This document shows, piece after piece, positions 35,990 to 48,970 of a stretch of 64,000 nucleotides of DNA. Source of the stretch: Callorhinchus milii (lineage: Eukaryota). Location: NCBI RefSeq assembly GCF_018977255.1, contig NW_024704824.1, positions 124,001-188,000 on the forward strand, given 5' to 3'. The notes beneath the pieces were generated by a model. The model saw only the letters and a list, made by a program, of their open reading frames with translations, searched no databases and was not told the origin of the DNA. Made by a program: the position numbers and the translations under genes. Within the stretch, counting starts at the first letter, position 1; every line of letters begins with the position of its first letter.

Positions 35990-37535
35990 TACAATCATAG
36001 AATGTTACGGCACAGAAAGAGGCCATTCAGCCCATCGAGTCTGTGCAGCTCTTTGACAGAGCAACAGACTTTTATTAACCCCACTCACCAGCTTTCTCCC
36101 CATAACCCTGCAAACCCGTCTTCCCCAGATACCTATCCAGTTCTCTCTTAAAAGCTGCTGTTGAATCGGACTTCACTGCCCTTTCGGGCAGATCATTCCA
36201 AATCCGAACAACTCGCTGAGTGAAAACATTTCTTCTAACCTCCTCTCTGCTTCTTTTGGTAGATATCTTAAGACTGTGACCACGAGTCACAGACACACCT
36301 ACCAGCGGAAACAGCTTTTCCCTATCTCGCCTGTCGAAACCTTTCATGATCTTGAAGACCTCTATCAGGTCCCCGCGTAACCTTCTCTGCTCTAATGGGA
36401 AAAGTCCTAACTTTTCCAGCCTGTCCTCATAGCTAAACTTCCCCATTCCTGGTATCATTCTCGTGAATCTCCTCTGCACCCTTTCCAGTTCCTTAATATC
36501 CTTCCTGAGGTACGGTGCCCAGAACTGGACGCAGTACTCCAGCTGAGGCCTAACCAGTGTTTTGTACAGATTAAGCATAACCCCTACTCTTATACTCTAT
36601 GCCCCTACTAATGACGCTCAGTACACCAAATGCCCGTTTTACTGCCCTATCTATCTGCTCTGCCACCTTCAATGAATCACTTACTTGAACGTCCAGATCT
36701 CTCTGTACGTTCACCCCCCTTAAGATTGAGCTCCCAAGCCTATATTGCCTCCTATCATTTTTCCTCCCTAAGTGTACCAACTCGCACTTATCTACATTGA
36801 AATCCATCTGCCACATGTCAGCCCATTCCACCATTCTGTGTATGTCTACCTGCAGTCCGTCACAATCTTCTTCACTATTTACTACCCGACCTAACTTGGT
36901 ATCATCTGCAAACTTGGAAATAGTGCTCTCTATGCCCAAGTCCAGATCACTAATATGTATTAGAAAGAGCAGTGGTCCCAATACCGATCCCTGGGGGACA
37001 CCGCTGCACACCTCCTTCCATTGCGAGAAACACCCATTAACCACCACTCTCTGCAGTCTGTCACTCAGACAGTTCCTAATCCAAACGGCTACTGTCCCCT
37101 TAATACCGTGGGCCTCCAGTTTTTTNATTAACCTCTTAAATAATGTCCACCGCATTTCCCTCATCAACCCTCGCAGTCACCTCTTCAAAAAATTCGATTA
37201 GATTTGTTAGGCAAGATTTGCCTTTAACAAATCCATGTTGGCTGTCTCTAATTAACTCGTGTTCCTCTAAGTAGAGATTTATTCTGTCCCGGATTACGGT
37301 CTCCAGTAGCTTTCCTATTACCGAAGTTAGGCTGACTGGCCTGTAATTTCCGGGCTTGTCTTTCTGCCCATTTTTGTAGAGTGGGGTAACATTAGCCACT
37401 CTCCAGTCTCTTGGCACCACTCTTGTGTCCAATGACGATTGAAATATAATGGCCAAAGCCTCCGCTATTTGAAGCAGTATCTCCCACAGCAACCGTGGGT
37501 GAAACCCATCTGGTCCTGGTGACTTATCAAACTTG
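35990..37535 (-). mobile_element. CR1 LINE, 5'-truncated, young
   Basis: KSPGPDGFHPR, ANVTPLYK, YRPVSLTSV, QHGFVKGKSC, GVPQGSVLGP, KFADDTKLG, LEYCVQFW; tail (attctatg)n at ~35990-36005. Confidence 0.95.
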
Positions 37536-38319
37536 TTGTTTAGTTTAAAGGAAAGATGGGCCATTGGACAGACAGATGGATAGACTTGATTCTACATCAC
37601 TCTGCCACTGTTAACCCCTCTGAGACACTACCCTGCGTGTAGGGCGCTATATAAGTGCAAGTTGTTGTTGTTGTGTTCTGTGTACAGACTTCCTGGGTCA
37701 CAATGACTCAAAATTCGGATGGACAGACTGGATGGCTGGACAGGTTGGGTTGAAGCGGAAATGGGCAAATGGTTGGGTTCAGTTGTTTGTATGTTATTAT
37801 GGATCGATGGATCAGTGTCTGGGTGGACTGACAGATGAATGGACGGATGGCTGGACGGATTGACCATTGATTTATAGGTGGTTGGGTTGTTTGGCTGATA
37901 CACAGATCTATCGAGCAGCAGATGAACTTGAAATATCCAAATGCATAAATAACTTTCATTGTTGGATTGCAGCCATTGCTTGTCATCAGCTCATCTGGTC
38001 GGTGCCCAGAAGAAGCAAAGATTTCTCGTTAATATTCTCTTCCAAATTTATGAAATGCAAAGCCATTTGAAGCCGCTGCTCAAGAAACTCACAATTCACA
38101 AATGTGCCCAAAAGCTAAAAGCAGTGAAAGCGTTCAAGGTTCCACATTGGTCCTGCAGCGCCACTCAGCGCTTACATTAGAAAATGCACTCAAATTTGGT
38201 TGAAAGACAGCGATTTCTTTAACTTGAATTAAATACTAATGATAATGGAATTGTTTTATATTCTATGAAAATTACAGATATTGCAGAAACATAATATCAT
38301 AGATTATTACAGCACACAA

Positions 38320-39020
38320 GCAGACCATTTGGCTCATCATGTCTGTACGGGCTCAATGGAAGAGCGATCCAATCAGTCCCACTCCCCCACTCACTCCCCA
38401 ATGCGAATAGCTAAACCACTCACTACCCTGTCCTCATAGCGAATTTTACTTTTTCAAGTTTCTATCCAATTTGCGTTAGGAAGTGCTTATTGAATCTGTT
38501 TCCACCACACTTTCAGGCTGTGCATTCCAGACAATAACAACTCTCTATGTAAAAACAATGTATTCTCATCTCCCCTCTGGTTGTTTTTCCAATTATCCTG
38601 AATGTATATCCTCTGGTTACCCATCCACCTGCCACAGGAAATAGTTTCTCCCTCTGTCATTTAGCAAAACCTCTCAGAATTTTGAACACCTCTATTAAAT
38701 GGCCCCTTAACCTTCTCTGCTCCAGTGAGAACAATCCCAGTTGATCTCGTCTCACCACATAAGTCCCTCATCCATGGTACCATTCCAGTAAATCTCCTCT
38801 GCTCCCTTTCCAAGACCTTGACATCCTTCCTAAAGTGTGTGGCCCAGAATTGGACACAATACTGCAGCTGAGGCCTAAACAGTGACATAAAGCTTTACCA
38901 GAACTTCCTTGCCTTTGACCTCAATGCCTCTATTGATCAAGCCAAGTATCCCGTATGCTTTTTATTTAGCAGCTATAGCAACCTGTCCTGCCACCTTCAA
39001 ACAACTGTGTATGTGAACCA
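38320..39020 (-). mobile_element. Older CR1 3' fragment
   Basis: FRPQLQYCVQFWATHFRKDVKVLEREQRRFT and a CR1 3' end. Confidence 0.85.
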
Positions 39021-39689
39021 CTGATATTAATTGACATTGGTGGCTCTCTTCCCTGAAGCGCAAAGAGGAGCCATATCAAGATCCCCTTCACTGTGTCGCC
39101 CACATTTGGTGCACACTGGGAACACACAGGGCAAAGGAACTCCAGAATATGAATTGGGTTTACTGTTGGGATCAACAGGGAAATTGTCCAGCTGCCATTG
39201 AAACACTGTTGGTCAAGTCTCCCAATGCTTGGCCAACTTCTCGCTTCATGTACTGCTTAGACCATCCTGAGCACATATGGGCTTCGGTTTCCATGATTAA
39301 CAGAAGCTGATTGGAAATAACCATTGCTCCCAAAGGACAGAACTCGACGGTCCAGAGCCTTGGGATGGCCTCCCGACTTGAAATACAATCTGCTGTTGTT
39401 GCTAGAAGCGACAGTAGCTCCTTGAATCTGTTTCTTTGTCCGTCTACTATTATTATTAACAATAATATTTCCTGCATTTGATAAAAGTTCCTGATCACAT
39501 CATTGAGACACTGAAAACGCTTCACAGAATACAACATAAACTCTAAACTGACTCTATTTCCTGGCGCAATACGGCAGCCAATTGTGTACAGCAGTGACCG
39601 CAAACTGTCGTGCATTGAGTTTCTAATTTTTCGAAAAATTTTGAAGGGATTATTACCCCCGGAAAAGCCATCCACCAATCGACTAACAA

Positions 39690-40225
39690 CCTGGTTCCTG
39701 CTCACTGCTGTTAAACAGAGCCGTGTGTGTGGAGTAAGTATGTGGAGCTCCACGACCCCATCACTCCCACCCTCACACGACTCCACCGGCCCCCCATCCC
39801 CCAGAGGATCGAGTTCAAGGTCCTCGTTCTCACCATTAAGGCCATCCATGGCCTCGTCCCCTCCTTCCTCTCTGACCTGCTGACTCCCTACCAACCTGCC
39901 CACTCCCTCCGTTCATCGGGCTCCGGCTGCTCCACGTCTCCCGCCCGACCCTCTCTACCATCGGAGTCCGAGCTTTCAGCCTCTCTGCCCCCACACTCTG
40001 GAACTCCATCCCACGGTCCCTTCTCCTCACTTCCTCCCTCAACTCAATCAAGGCCATCTCAAGGCCTTTCTCTTCGATTGTTCCTTCGGTCTCCCTCCCA
40101 CCTCTCTGCCTCCCCCCACCCGTCCACCCTCCCGCCCCGACACCTGACAGTTCAGCGCTTTGGGACGTCCTCCCGACGTGAAAGGCGCTCTCTCCATGTC
40201 ATTTTGTTGTTGGTGTTGTTGCTGT
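39690..40225 (+). mobile_element. L2 3' fragment
   Basis: DPITPTLTRLH..PIPQRIEFKVL; tail gcgctttgggacgtcc...(gtt)n. Confidence 0.85.
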
Positions 40226-40289
40226 TGTCAGGAATGTTGCCCAATATTTCGCTCTGTCCCTCCTGTCGCTGCCCCGAGAGGGCAGTTCC

Positions 40290-40625
40290 CTGGGGAGGGA
40301 GGGAGGGAGTGCTGGAAGGGAAGGGTTGAGCGAGGGAGGGGAAGGGAGAGGGGAGGGGGGGGAGAGACAGGGATGGGGAGAAAGAGGGAGGGAGGAAGAC
40401 AGAGAGAGGGAGATAGCCGGAGGGGGATAGAGGGAGAAAGAGGGAGGGGAAAGGGGTGGAGGAAAGTGAGGGGGAGGAGGGAGAGAGAGAGAAAGGGAAC
40501 GCATATATATATAGAGAGAGAGAGTGGGAGAGAAGTTGAGAGGAAGGGGGGAGGGAGGAGAGAGTGAGTGTGGGAGAGGCTGAGGGGAAGGGGGGAGATT
40601 GAGAGGAGAGAGAGAGAGGGGGCGG
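40290..40625. repeat. Polypurine (GA/GGA) tract
   Basis: Almost entirely G/A on the plus strand. Confidence 0.85.
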
Positions 40626-40719
40626 TGCGGCTCAGTGACGGTCAATGCCATAATAATATATAATAACACACAGTGTGTAGAACAGCGCAGATCACAGTAA
40701 CTCATCACCAGTTATGGGG

Positions 40720-41045
40720 TCGGAGTGAAGGCGGACGTCGTCCCGTCGACACAATGGGCGGGAAAGTGCTGCGCGCGCGGAGCGGAGACCAACGGTCACC
40801 TCCCGAGACAGGAGCAGCGCGAGGGGCGGCGAGAGGTGCGCGTGCGCGAAGGGCGGGACAAACCAACCAATGGCGAGGCGGGGGCGGGGCGGGAGGCGCG
40901 CGGGGAGTGACGGTTGGAGAAAGGGGGAAGTGCGCAGGCGCGCGCTCGAGCGGGACCAGGGGTGAGGAGCCAGTGCGCATGCGTGACGGCAACCGGAACC
41001 CCAGAGGCTATAAAAGCGGGAGCCGCGGAGCCATAGTCAGTGATG
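40720..41045 (+). promoter_or_regulatory. CpG-island Pol II promoter candidate
   Basis: CCAAT 40867-71, GC boxes 40881-90, TGCGCATGCG 40974-83, CCGGAA 40993-98, TATAAAA 41009-15, TCAGT initiator-like motif with A at 41039. Confidence 0.6.
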
Positions 41046-41559
41046 GTCAGCGCGAGAGGAGCGGTCAGTGATGGTCAGTGACACTGTACCGCCACACACA
41101 CTGAATAGCAATAGTGAGGCTATCATTTACACACTCACACACAGTAATAGTGAGGGGCACAACAACAGAGAGAGAGAGAGAGCGGGAAAGCTCAGCAGGT
41201 CAGGCAGCGGCTATGGAGAAAGGAAAGGGAGTCCGCGTTTGGGGTCCACGACCCTTCGTCAGAACTGGGCCATGTTGGGAGGGAGAGGCTCTGAAGGACA
41301 AGTTGAGAGGGGGCGGCAGGACAAGGAACACAGAGAAGACAAGAAAGAAGGCAAAGGAGAGGATGTGTTAGTTGACGGTTAAAGAGGTGATAGTGGCGTA
41401 AAAATGGGGGCGGTGGGTTCAAACAAAACCGGGGAGAAAAGCCGCTCCCCCTGAAACTGTGACTCTCCCTCAATCCCTCCACATTGCCCCCTCCCTCCCC
41501 ACTCTCAAACCCCTCCCTAAAGACCTTCCCCTTTGGACGTGCGTGTGGTCACCTCCCAC

Positions 41560-42420
41560 CGCCATCTCCCCCTGGAGATGTGACGGATAATAACAAAACA
41601 TTTTTTTAGGTACATTAAGAATAAAAGAAAACCAATAATGCAATGGGGCCACTGACTATAGGTTCAGGAGAGAACATGACAAATAATGCTGCACCGGCTG
41701 CAATAGTGATAATGACGTGTTTTTTTTTTCATCAGTCTTTATCAAAGAGGAGACGGGTAACCTATCAGATCTGGAAATAAAACTCAAGGATGTCGCAAGG
41801 AAAAATTGCAATACTAATATCACTACCAACTTGGTTGCCAAACAGCTGTGTAAAACCAGGGTAAATAAATCTCAGGGGCCGGATAAATTGCATCTGAATA
41901 TCTTAAAGGAACCAGGAGAAGAAGTCACAGAAACGCTGGTACAAAGCTTTCAAAAATTATTTAATACAAGAAAGGTGCTGGAGGACTGGAGAAAGGCAGA
42001 TGTTACTCCTATTTTTAAGAAAGATAACAACCAGGAAACTAAAGACCAGTGAGTTTTAATGTCCATTGTGGGTAACATTATGGAGAATCTAAGGAAAAAA
42101 TCATGGAGCTTCTGGATAAAAATAAAATCATAAATGATAGCCAATATTGGTTAATTCACGATAATTCCCCTTATAACTGCTTTGGAGAATGGGAGCTTAC
42201 CCTGTTGGAAGCTTGGGCTCCTGCTTCCTAAGGAACTGAAATGGAAAGATGGTTATGTTTGGATACAAAGAATGCATAATGCAAAATTATGGAGACACTT
42301 GTTGAGGATAAAATCATGGAGCACCAGGATAGAAACGAAGTTCTAAATGATACTCAACACGGGTTCATGAAGAGGAAGTCTTGCCCTCTAATTTACTGTT
42401 TTTCTTTGATGGTGTGACAA
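41560..42420 (+). mobile_element. Highly degenerate CR1 ORF2 fragment
   Basis: KSQGPDKLHLNILKE, DWRKADVTPIFKK, QHGF; similar to 46690-47450. Confidence 0.7.
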
Positions 42421-42468
42421 GTGAATAGTCCAGCCGAGAGGTGACAAAGGCATGGACCAGGGTTTCAG

Positions 42469-44841
42469 TCGGGGAGCGGTGGCAGGACAGCGCGGGGAGG
42501 AGCCTGGGCCTACTTAAACTCGACGCCGGAGCGAGTTCAGCCAGTCGGGGGGAGGGGAGGGGGTGGTCTGGAGGCGGAGCGGGGGAACTGCGACGTCATA
42601 GATTAGTTTTCAGGTGAGTGCGCGCGCAAAAAAAAAAAAAAAAACCCTCTGCGCCCCCCCCCCCAGGGCTCACATCAGAGCCCACTATGGTCCTGTTGGG
42701 TTCGCTGCCCCAATCTACGGGATAATGCCATCCACCTGACCGCTCGCTCCCGGTCCCCGCGTGCGCACTATGGCTGCCGCTTTGACCCGAGCCCCCTGAC
42801 CCCCTCCCTCCCACCCCCCTCCTGACTCCCCCCAAACCCTCCCCCCTCTGCATCTCTCCCGCTCTCTCCTCCTCTCTCTCCGTCCCTCTCGCCTTTTGTC
42901 CCCAATTGACCCTCCCACAACCTCCCTCTGCTCCAGCCTGGGAATCCTCCGCCGGGCTCACCGCGGCACTCGGCGTTGGCTGTCCAGCAGCAGCCACACC
43001 AACTGCCCCATTCCCCACCACACTCACCACCCAGCTCCGCGGTCACTTCCCCTCCAACTTCCACCCACCACCCACCCCTTCCCTCCGACACTCCGACTCC
43101 TACCCATCCTCCCCTACACACCTTCGTACCCGTTTCCCCACCCTCTGTCACTGAACTCATCCTATCCCTAAAACCAACCACCTGCTCCCTTGACCCCATC
43201 CCCACTCCACTCCTCATCTCCCAGCTCCACTTTCTTGCCCAACATATCACTGACATCATCAACCTGTCCCTCTCCTCTGGCTCTGTCCCCATTCCATTAA
43301 AAACTGCCATCATCACGCCCACCCTGAAAAAACCCTCCCTTGATGCGTCGCAGCTATCAAGCTACCGGCCCATCTCCAACCTCCCCTTTCTCACAAAGGT
43401 CTTGGAAAGAGTTGTCGCCTCCCAACTGCGCTCTTTCCTTTCCACCCATTCTCTTTTCGAACCCCTTCAGTCAGGTTTCCGTGCTGCCCATAGCACAGAA
43501 ACTGCCCTGGTCAAGGTCACCAATGATATCCTGACTATCTGTGACCAGGGCTCCCTCTGTCTCCTCGTCCTCCTCGACCTATCAGCAGCATTCGATACGG
43601 TCGACCACGCTATCCTACTCCACCGCTTGTCCTCCCACCTCAACCTTCAAGGCACTGTCCTTGAATGGTTTAGGTCGTACCTTTCTCACCGTCTTCACTT
43701 TGTCTCGACGAATGGCTTCTCCTCCACCCCCCGCACGGTCTCATGTGGTGCCCTCAGGGCTCTGTCCTTGGTCCCCTCCCCTTCACCCTCTATATGCTCC
43801 CCTTGGTGACATCATCCGCAGACATGGAGTTAACTTCCACATGTATGCGGATGACACCCAACTCTACCTTTCCTCCTCTACTCTCAACTCCACGACCACC
43901 GATGTCCTGACAGCTGTCTGTCCGAAATCGAGTCCTGGACGAGAGACAACTTTCTTCAGCTCAACGTGCGAAAAACCGAGGCCCTCCTGATTGGCTCACG
44001 TCAGCGCCTCCGCACCTCAGGCGCTGACACCATCATCATCCAAGGCTGCACTCTCCACCTCTCAAAGACGGTCAGGAACCTCGGCGTTTTGTTCGACCCT
44101 GAGCTGTCCTTTCTCCCTCACATCCGCACCACAACGGGCACCGCCTTCCATCACCTCCGGAACATCGCCAGACTACGGCACTACCTCACCCCTCACGCTG
44201 CTGAAACCCTGGTTCACGCCTTTGTCACCTCAAGGCTGGACTATGGGAACTCTTTCCTCGCCGGCCTTCCCGCCACCTCCCTCCACAAGCTGCAGGTCAT
44301 TCAGAACTCTGCAGCTCGTGTACTGTCCCGCACCAGGCTTCGGGACCACATCACTCCCACCCTCGCTCGCCTCCACTGGCTCCTCATCCCCCAGAGGATT
44401 GATTTCAAGATCCTCATCCTCACCTACAAGGCCATTCACAGCCTTGCTCCCTCCTACCTCTCCAACCTACTATCCCCCTACTCACCTGCCCGTACCCTCC
44501 GTTCCTCTGGCTCCGGTCTGCTCCACATCCCCCGTTCCAACGGCCCTACCATCGGTAGTCGGGCCTTCAGCCTCTCAGCCCCCAGGCTCTGGAACTCCAT
44601 CCCCCAGTGCCTTCGCCGCTTCCTCCCTTTCCTCCTTCAAGGCCGGTCTCAAAACCTTTCTCTTTGACCGTGCCTTCAGCTCCCCTCTCGACTCTCTTCC
44701 CCCTCCTCGCTCCCTCCCTTCCCTCCCCTCACCCTGACCATTTCCCCCCTGCTCGGGTCATGACCCAACTGTGCAACGCCTTGGGACGTCCTCCTGACGT
44801 GAAAGGCGCTTTATAAATGGAATCTTGTTCTTGTTGTTGTT
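42469..44841 (+). mobile_element. L2-C: both ends present, endonuclease deleted, 7-bp TSD (GTTTCAG)
   Basis: GTTTCAG at 42462-42468 and 44842-44848; RT motifs including YADD at 43844-43855; (ttg)n tail. Confidence 0.93.
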
Positions 44842-44848
44842 GTTTCAG

Positions 44849-45958
44849 CAGCTTTTGAAGTGAGGTATTGGTGAGATGGGCGATGGGTCGGAGGTGGAAG
44901 AAAGCGGTGCTGGTGAGGGACCGGATGTGGGAGTTGAACCTGACGCCTAGGTTGCATACGGGTTTGGAGAGTTTTAGGGGGAGGTCGGGTGGGTGGAGGA
45001 GGTGAGAACCATTTGATTTTAGACGTTGACGAGAGCCAAAGATTATGGCTTCCGTCTTGTCAACATTTGGCTGAAGGAAATTTGCGCTCATCCAGCTCTG
45101 ATGTCTTGACAGGCAGGCTGACAAAACATCAGGGGACCGGGAGTCGTAAACTGAGGTGGAAAAATATCGTCCGCATATACGTGGCAGTGCACCCTTTGTC
45201 TGTGCATGACATCCCCATAGATTAGGAAGAGGAGGGGGCCAAGGATGGATCCTTGGGGTACCCGCAGGTAACCTGGTGAGAGCGGGAGGAAAAGCTGTTT
45301 GTGCAGGTGTACTGCTGGCGGTTCGTGAGATAGGACTCGAACCAGGCGAGTGCGGTCCCACTGAGGTGGGTGACGGAGGAAAGGCGGTGTAGGAAGATGG
45401 CGTGTTCGACTGTGTCAAAAACGGCGAAGAGGTCCAGGAGGACAAGGAGACTGAGGGAGCTCTGGTCACAGATGGAGAGGATGTCATTTGAGACTTTCAC
45501 AGTCTCTGTACTGTGGGCGGAAACCNNNNNNNNNNNNNNNNNNNNNNNNNCCCTCACACAGCTCCCCATCATCAGCTCCTACCGTGACCCCCATTCTACA
45601 TTCCTTCCTTCCTCCCCATCCCTCCCTCCTCCCTCTCACCCGCATCACTTCAATGAAACCCACCACCTGCTGCCGCGAACTCCCCCACCAACTTTCTGGT
45701 GACCAGCTCCCCCTCCTCTGCCCACTACTGGCTGATAACATCAACCAGTCCCTCTCCTCTGGATCAGGCCCTGTCACCCCTCAAATCCGCTGTCATCACC
45801 CCCCCTCCTCAAACCCCCCCTCCCAAGATCCCTCAAACCCCCACCACCTGCCGCCCTATCTCTAACCTGCCCTTCCTCGCCAAAGTCCTCGGACGCGTTG
45901 TTGCCAATCAACTCCGCGCTCACCTCTCCTCCCATCTCCCTTCGAACCCCTCCAGTCC
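44849..45958 (-). mobile_element. L2-B copy (host of L2-C); segment 45551-45958 is inverted across a 25-N gap
   Basis: 44849-45525 is the reverse complement of 26538-27221, while 45551-45958 matches ~26130-26537 in direct orientation. The L2-B remainder lies at 42421-42468. Confidence 0.82.
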
Positions 45959-46689
45959 AGGGAAATTGTCCCATTTTGTTCCATGAGCTGGTTGAGTCCT
46001 CAGGTTCAATGTTGAGCCATTTTTTGCAAGGAAGTTTGTGTGGCTTTAGCTTTATGTCCATTATTTAGACACAAATGAGTGAGGATATAAAAAGTAAAGG
46101 GCAATCACTTTGATTAGAATTGAAAGATGGTAACAGAGGGTAAGCTATTAGGGTAAGCAAAGTTACCAAACTTAAAGGCATCCTTCCTGGTAAGCTATTA
46201 TGGGGGGTTGCTATAAAACACCAAGTCAGGCTGAATACCTCGATCTGGAATGTGGGATGAGATAACGAAGGCTACGTTTAAGGGACCAACTATATTTGGA
46301 CGACCAAATCTCCAACATAAATATGGGAGAGCATTAAACAACAAAGATCACAATGCATTCACATTTGACATCACACGAATTTGTGAGGTTATAAAAACCG
46401 AAACAAAACTGCCAAATTTCAAGAGGACTGACTTTGTGCGCTTGAGAAGTGTAGTGGGAGTGGGCCTGGCAGGCTTCATATGGCAATGGGTGTGGAGGAC
46501 CTATGCAGTTTCTTCAAGTGGGGAATATGAAGCCAACGGAACAATGTGCAAAGCAAAGTTACCAAACTTAAAGGCACTCTTCCTGGTTGGATTGTTCTGT
46601 GAAGAAAGAAACAAGGCATTTGGTTCCATGAAGTAAAATGTCACAAAATTAAATTGGACTCAATAACAGACGGCATCCACACAGCAACA

Positions 46690-47950
46690 AGGCATAGAAT
46701 GGCAAAGAAAAAAGCTTTGAATTGAACATGGCAAGAGATGTGAAGGATAATAACAAAATGTTTGTTAGTTACTGAAGAGTAAAAGAAAACAGCAATGGGT
46801 TAGAGCCACTGACGAAGTGTTCAGGAGAGAAATGACAAATAATGCTGCACAGGCTTCAATAGTGCTAATTACGTACTTTTGCATCACTCTTACCAAGGAA
46901 GACAGGGGTGACCTGTCAGATCTGGAGGGAGAACTAAAGGATGTCGGAGAGAAAAATTGCAACACTGTTGACATGACTCCCAACATGTGGCCAAACAGCA
47001 GCGTAAACTTTGGGTAAATTAACCTCAGGAGCCGGAAAATTCATCCAAGTATCTTAAGGAACTAAGAGAGGATGTCGCAGAATCGCTGGTATAAAGCTTT
47101 GAAAAATGGTTGAATACTAGAAAGGTGCTGTAGGACTGGAGAAAGGCAGATGTTTCTCCTCTTTTTAAGAAAGGTAACAACAGTTAGCAGTGAGTTTGAT
47201 GTCCATTGTGTGTAACATTATAGAAATTCTGACTAAGGATAAAATCATGCAGCTTCTGGACAGAAATAAAACCGTAAATGATACCCAATGTTGGTTCATT
47301 CATGATAATTTCACTTTAATTTGCTTATGAGAATGGGAGCTTACCCTGTGGGATGTTTGGGCTCCTGGTACCGAAGAAATTGAAATGGAAAGATGGTTAT
47401 TATATTTGGATTCAAAGAATGTATAACGTAAAATTACGGAGACACTTATTAAGCATAAAATCATGAAGTACTTGGACAGAAACAACTTTAAAAGTGATAG
47501 CCAACATGGTTTCAGGAAGGGGAGGTTTAGTCAATCCAATATACTTGTCTTTGACGGTGTGACAAGTGAGATTGATAAGGGCAACGCTGGGGATGGTGTA
47601 TAATTGGATTTCAGTAAAGCCTTTGATAATGTTCCACGTGAGAGGCGGTACTGACAGTAAAGTAAGTGGGAATCGGTGGCAGTATATTGGAATGGACACA
47701 TGACTGGTGATAGCAAGAACCTCGAGGGCAGTGGTACAGAGTATGTCGTCAGTCGGGGAAAATGTTACCAGTTCATTTCCACAAGGATTTGTTTGGGACC
47801 TAATTTGTTTAATGTTTGTATAAATGATATGGAACCGGGAGTCACAAGCACAGTGGCAAAATTCTGCAGACGACACCAAAGTAATGAAGGTGGTGGATTG
47901 CGAAGCTGAACAGGAGAGATTACAGGTAATCCAGTCTGACATGACATATG
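46690..47950 (+). mobile_element. Highly degenerate CR1 ORF2 fragment
   Basis: QHGFRKGR, DFSKAFDNVP, GPNLFNVCIND, KF(C)ADDTK remnants. Confidence 0.75.
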
Positions 47951-48479
47951 AAGTCAGCGTTGATAAAATTAATTGTTTCCTCAATATTATTCAAAAATCA
48001 CTAAGAAACGGCAAAGGACTAGAGAATGGAAGAAAGCAGCAAATGCAGGAAAAGAAAATAATACCAAAGGCTACGCAGCTGATTGGAAAACAAGTAGATT
48101 TTACATAAGATTATATTTACGCATCTTATTTTATAAATTCAACCATTGACAGAGGTTGGTAGCATCAATTAAACTAAGATAAAGCTGTGCGATTGCGTAA
48201 TAATTGATGAGTAAATGTTTTGCTTCATTCTTGATTGTGAAAAGTTTAAAAATGATGTAAACGTTTCAAAGCAGAAAGAGGGGAGACACCAATTTAATGA
48301 TGTTGTAGAACTATGGAAACTTACAGCACAGAAAGAGGCCATTCAGCCCATCGAGCCTGTACCAGCTCTTTGAAAGAGCAATTCAACTGGTCACACTGTC
48401 AGGCTCTGTCCCCACAGCTGTGCAGATTTTTCCTTTTCATGTCTGTATATACAATTCCCATTTGACAGCACAGCACATC

Positions 48480-48970
48480 GTCAGGATCTGGAAGGCCGAC
48501 CAGTCACTGGGGGAATGGAGTCATCTCATTGAGCACCTGTTTGACTACGCCAACTGTCGGCTCATTGGACTTCCCAACTCTTTCTTCCACAAGATGCAGA
48601 TTATCCGGAATACTGAAACTTATTCTCTCGCGCTCCAGGCTCCGGGAACTTATCACACCCATTTTTACCGGCTGCACTGGATCCCCGTTCTTGGACAACC
48701 GAGTACAAAACCCAAGTTCTCACCTTCAAGGTTGTCCACGGTCTTGCTCCCCCCCACCTCTCCAACATCATAACCCCATATCAGGCTGTACGCTCCCTCC
48801 GCTCGGCGGACACCAGTTTGCTTCAGGTCACCCCTTGTTCCTGCTTCACCATTGGTGAATGGCCATTCAGCATCTCTGCCCCAAAGTCTGGAACTCTATC
48901 CTGCATTCCCTCTTTTCTCTCCTTCAAGACACGTCTGAAGACCGTCCTCTTCGATCATGCCTCCGACCAC
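48480..48970 (+). mobile_element. Old L2 3' fragment
   Basis: (F)DYANCRLIGLP...KMQII..., ITPI...LHW, FKTRLKTVLF. Confidence 0.65.

Noticed and set aside
40867-41045. Histone gene promoter
   Set aside because: The CCAAT/GC/TATA layout is similar, but no histone ORF or 3' stem-loop follows.
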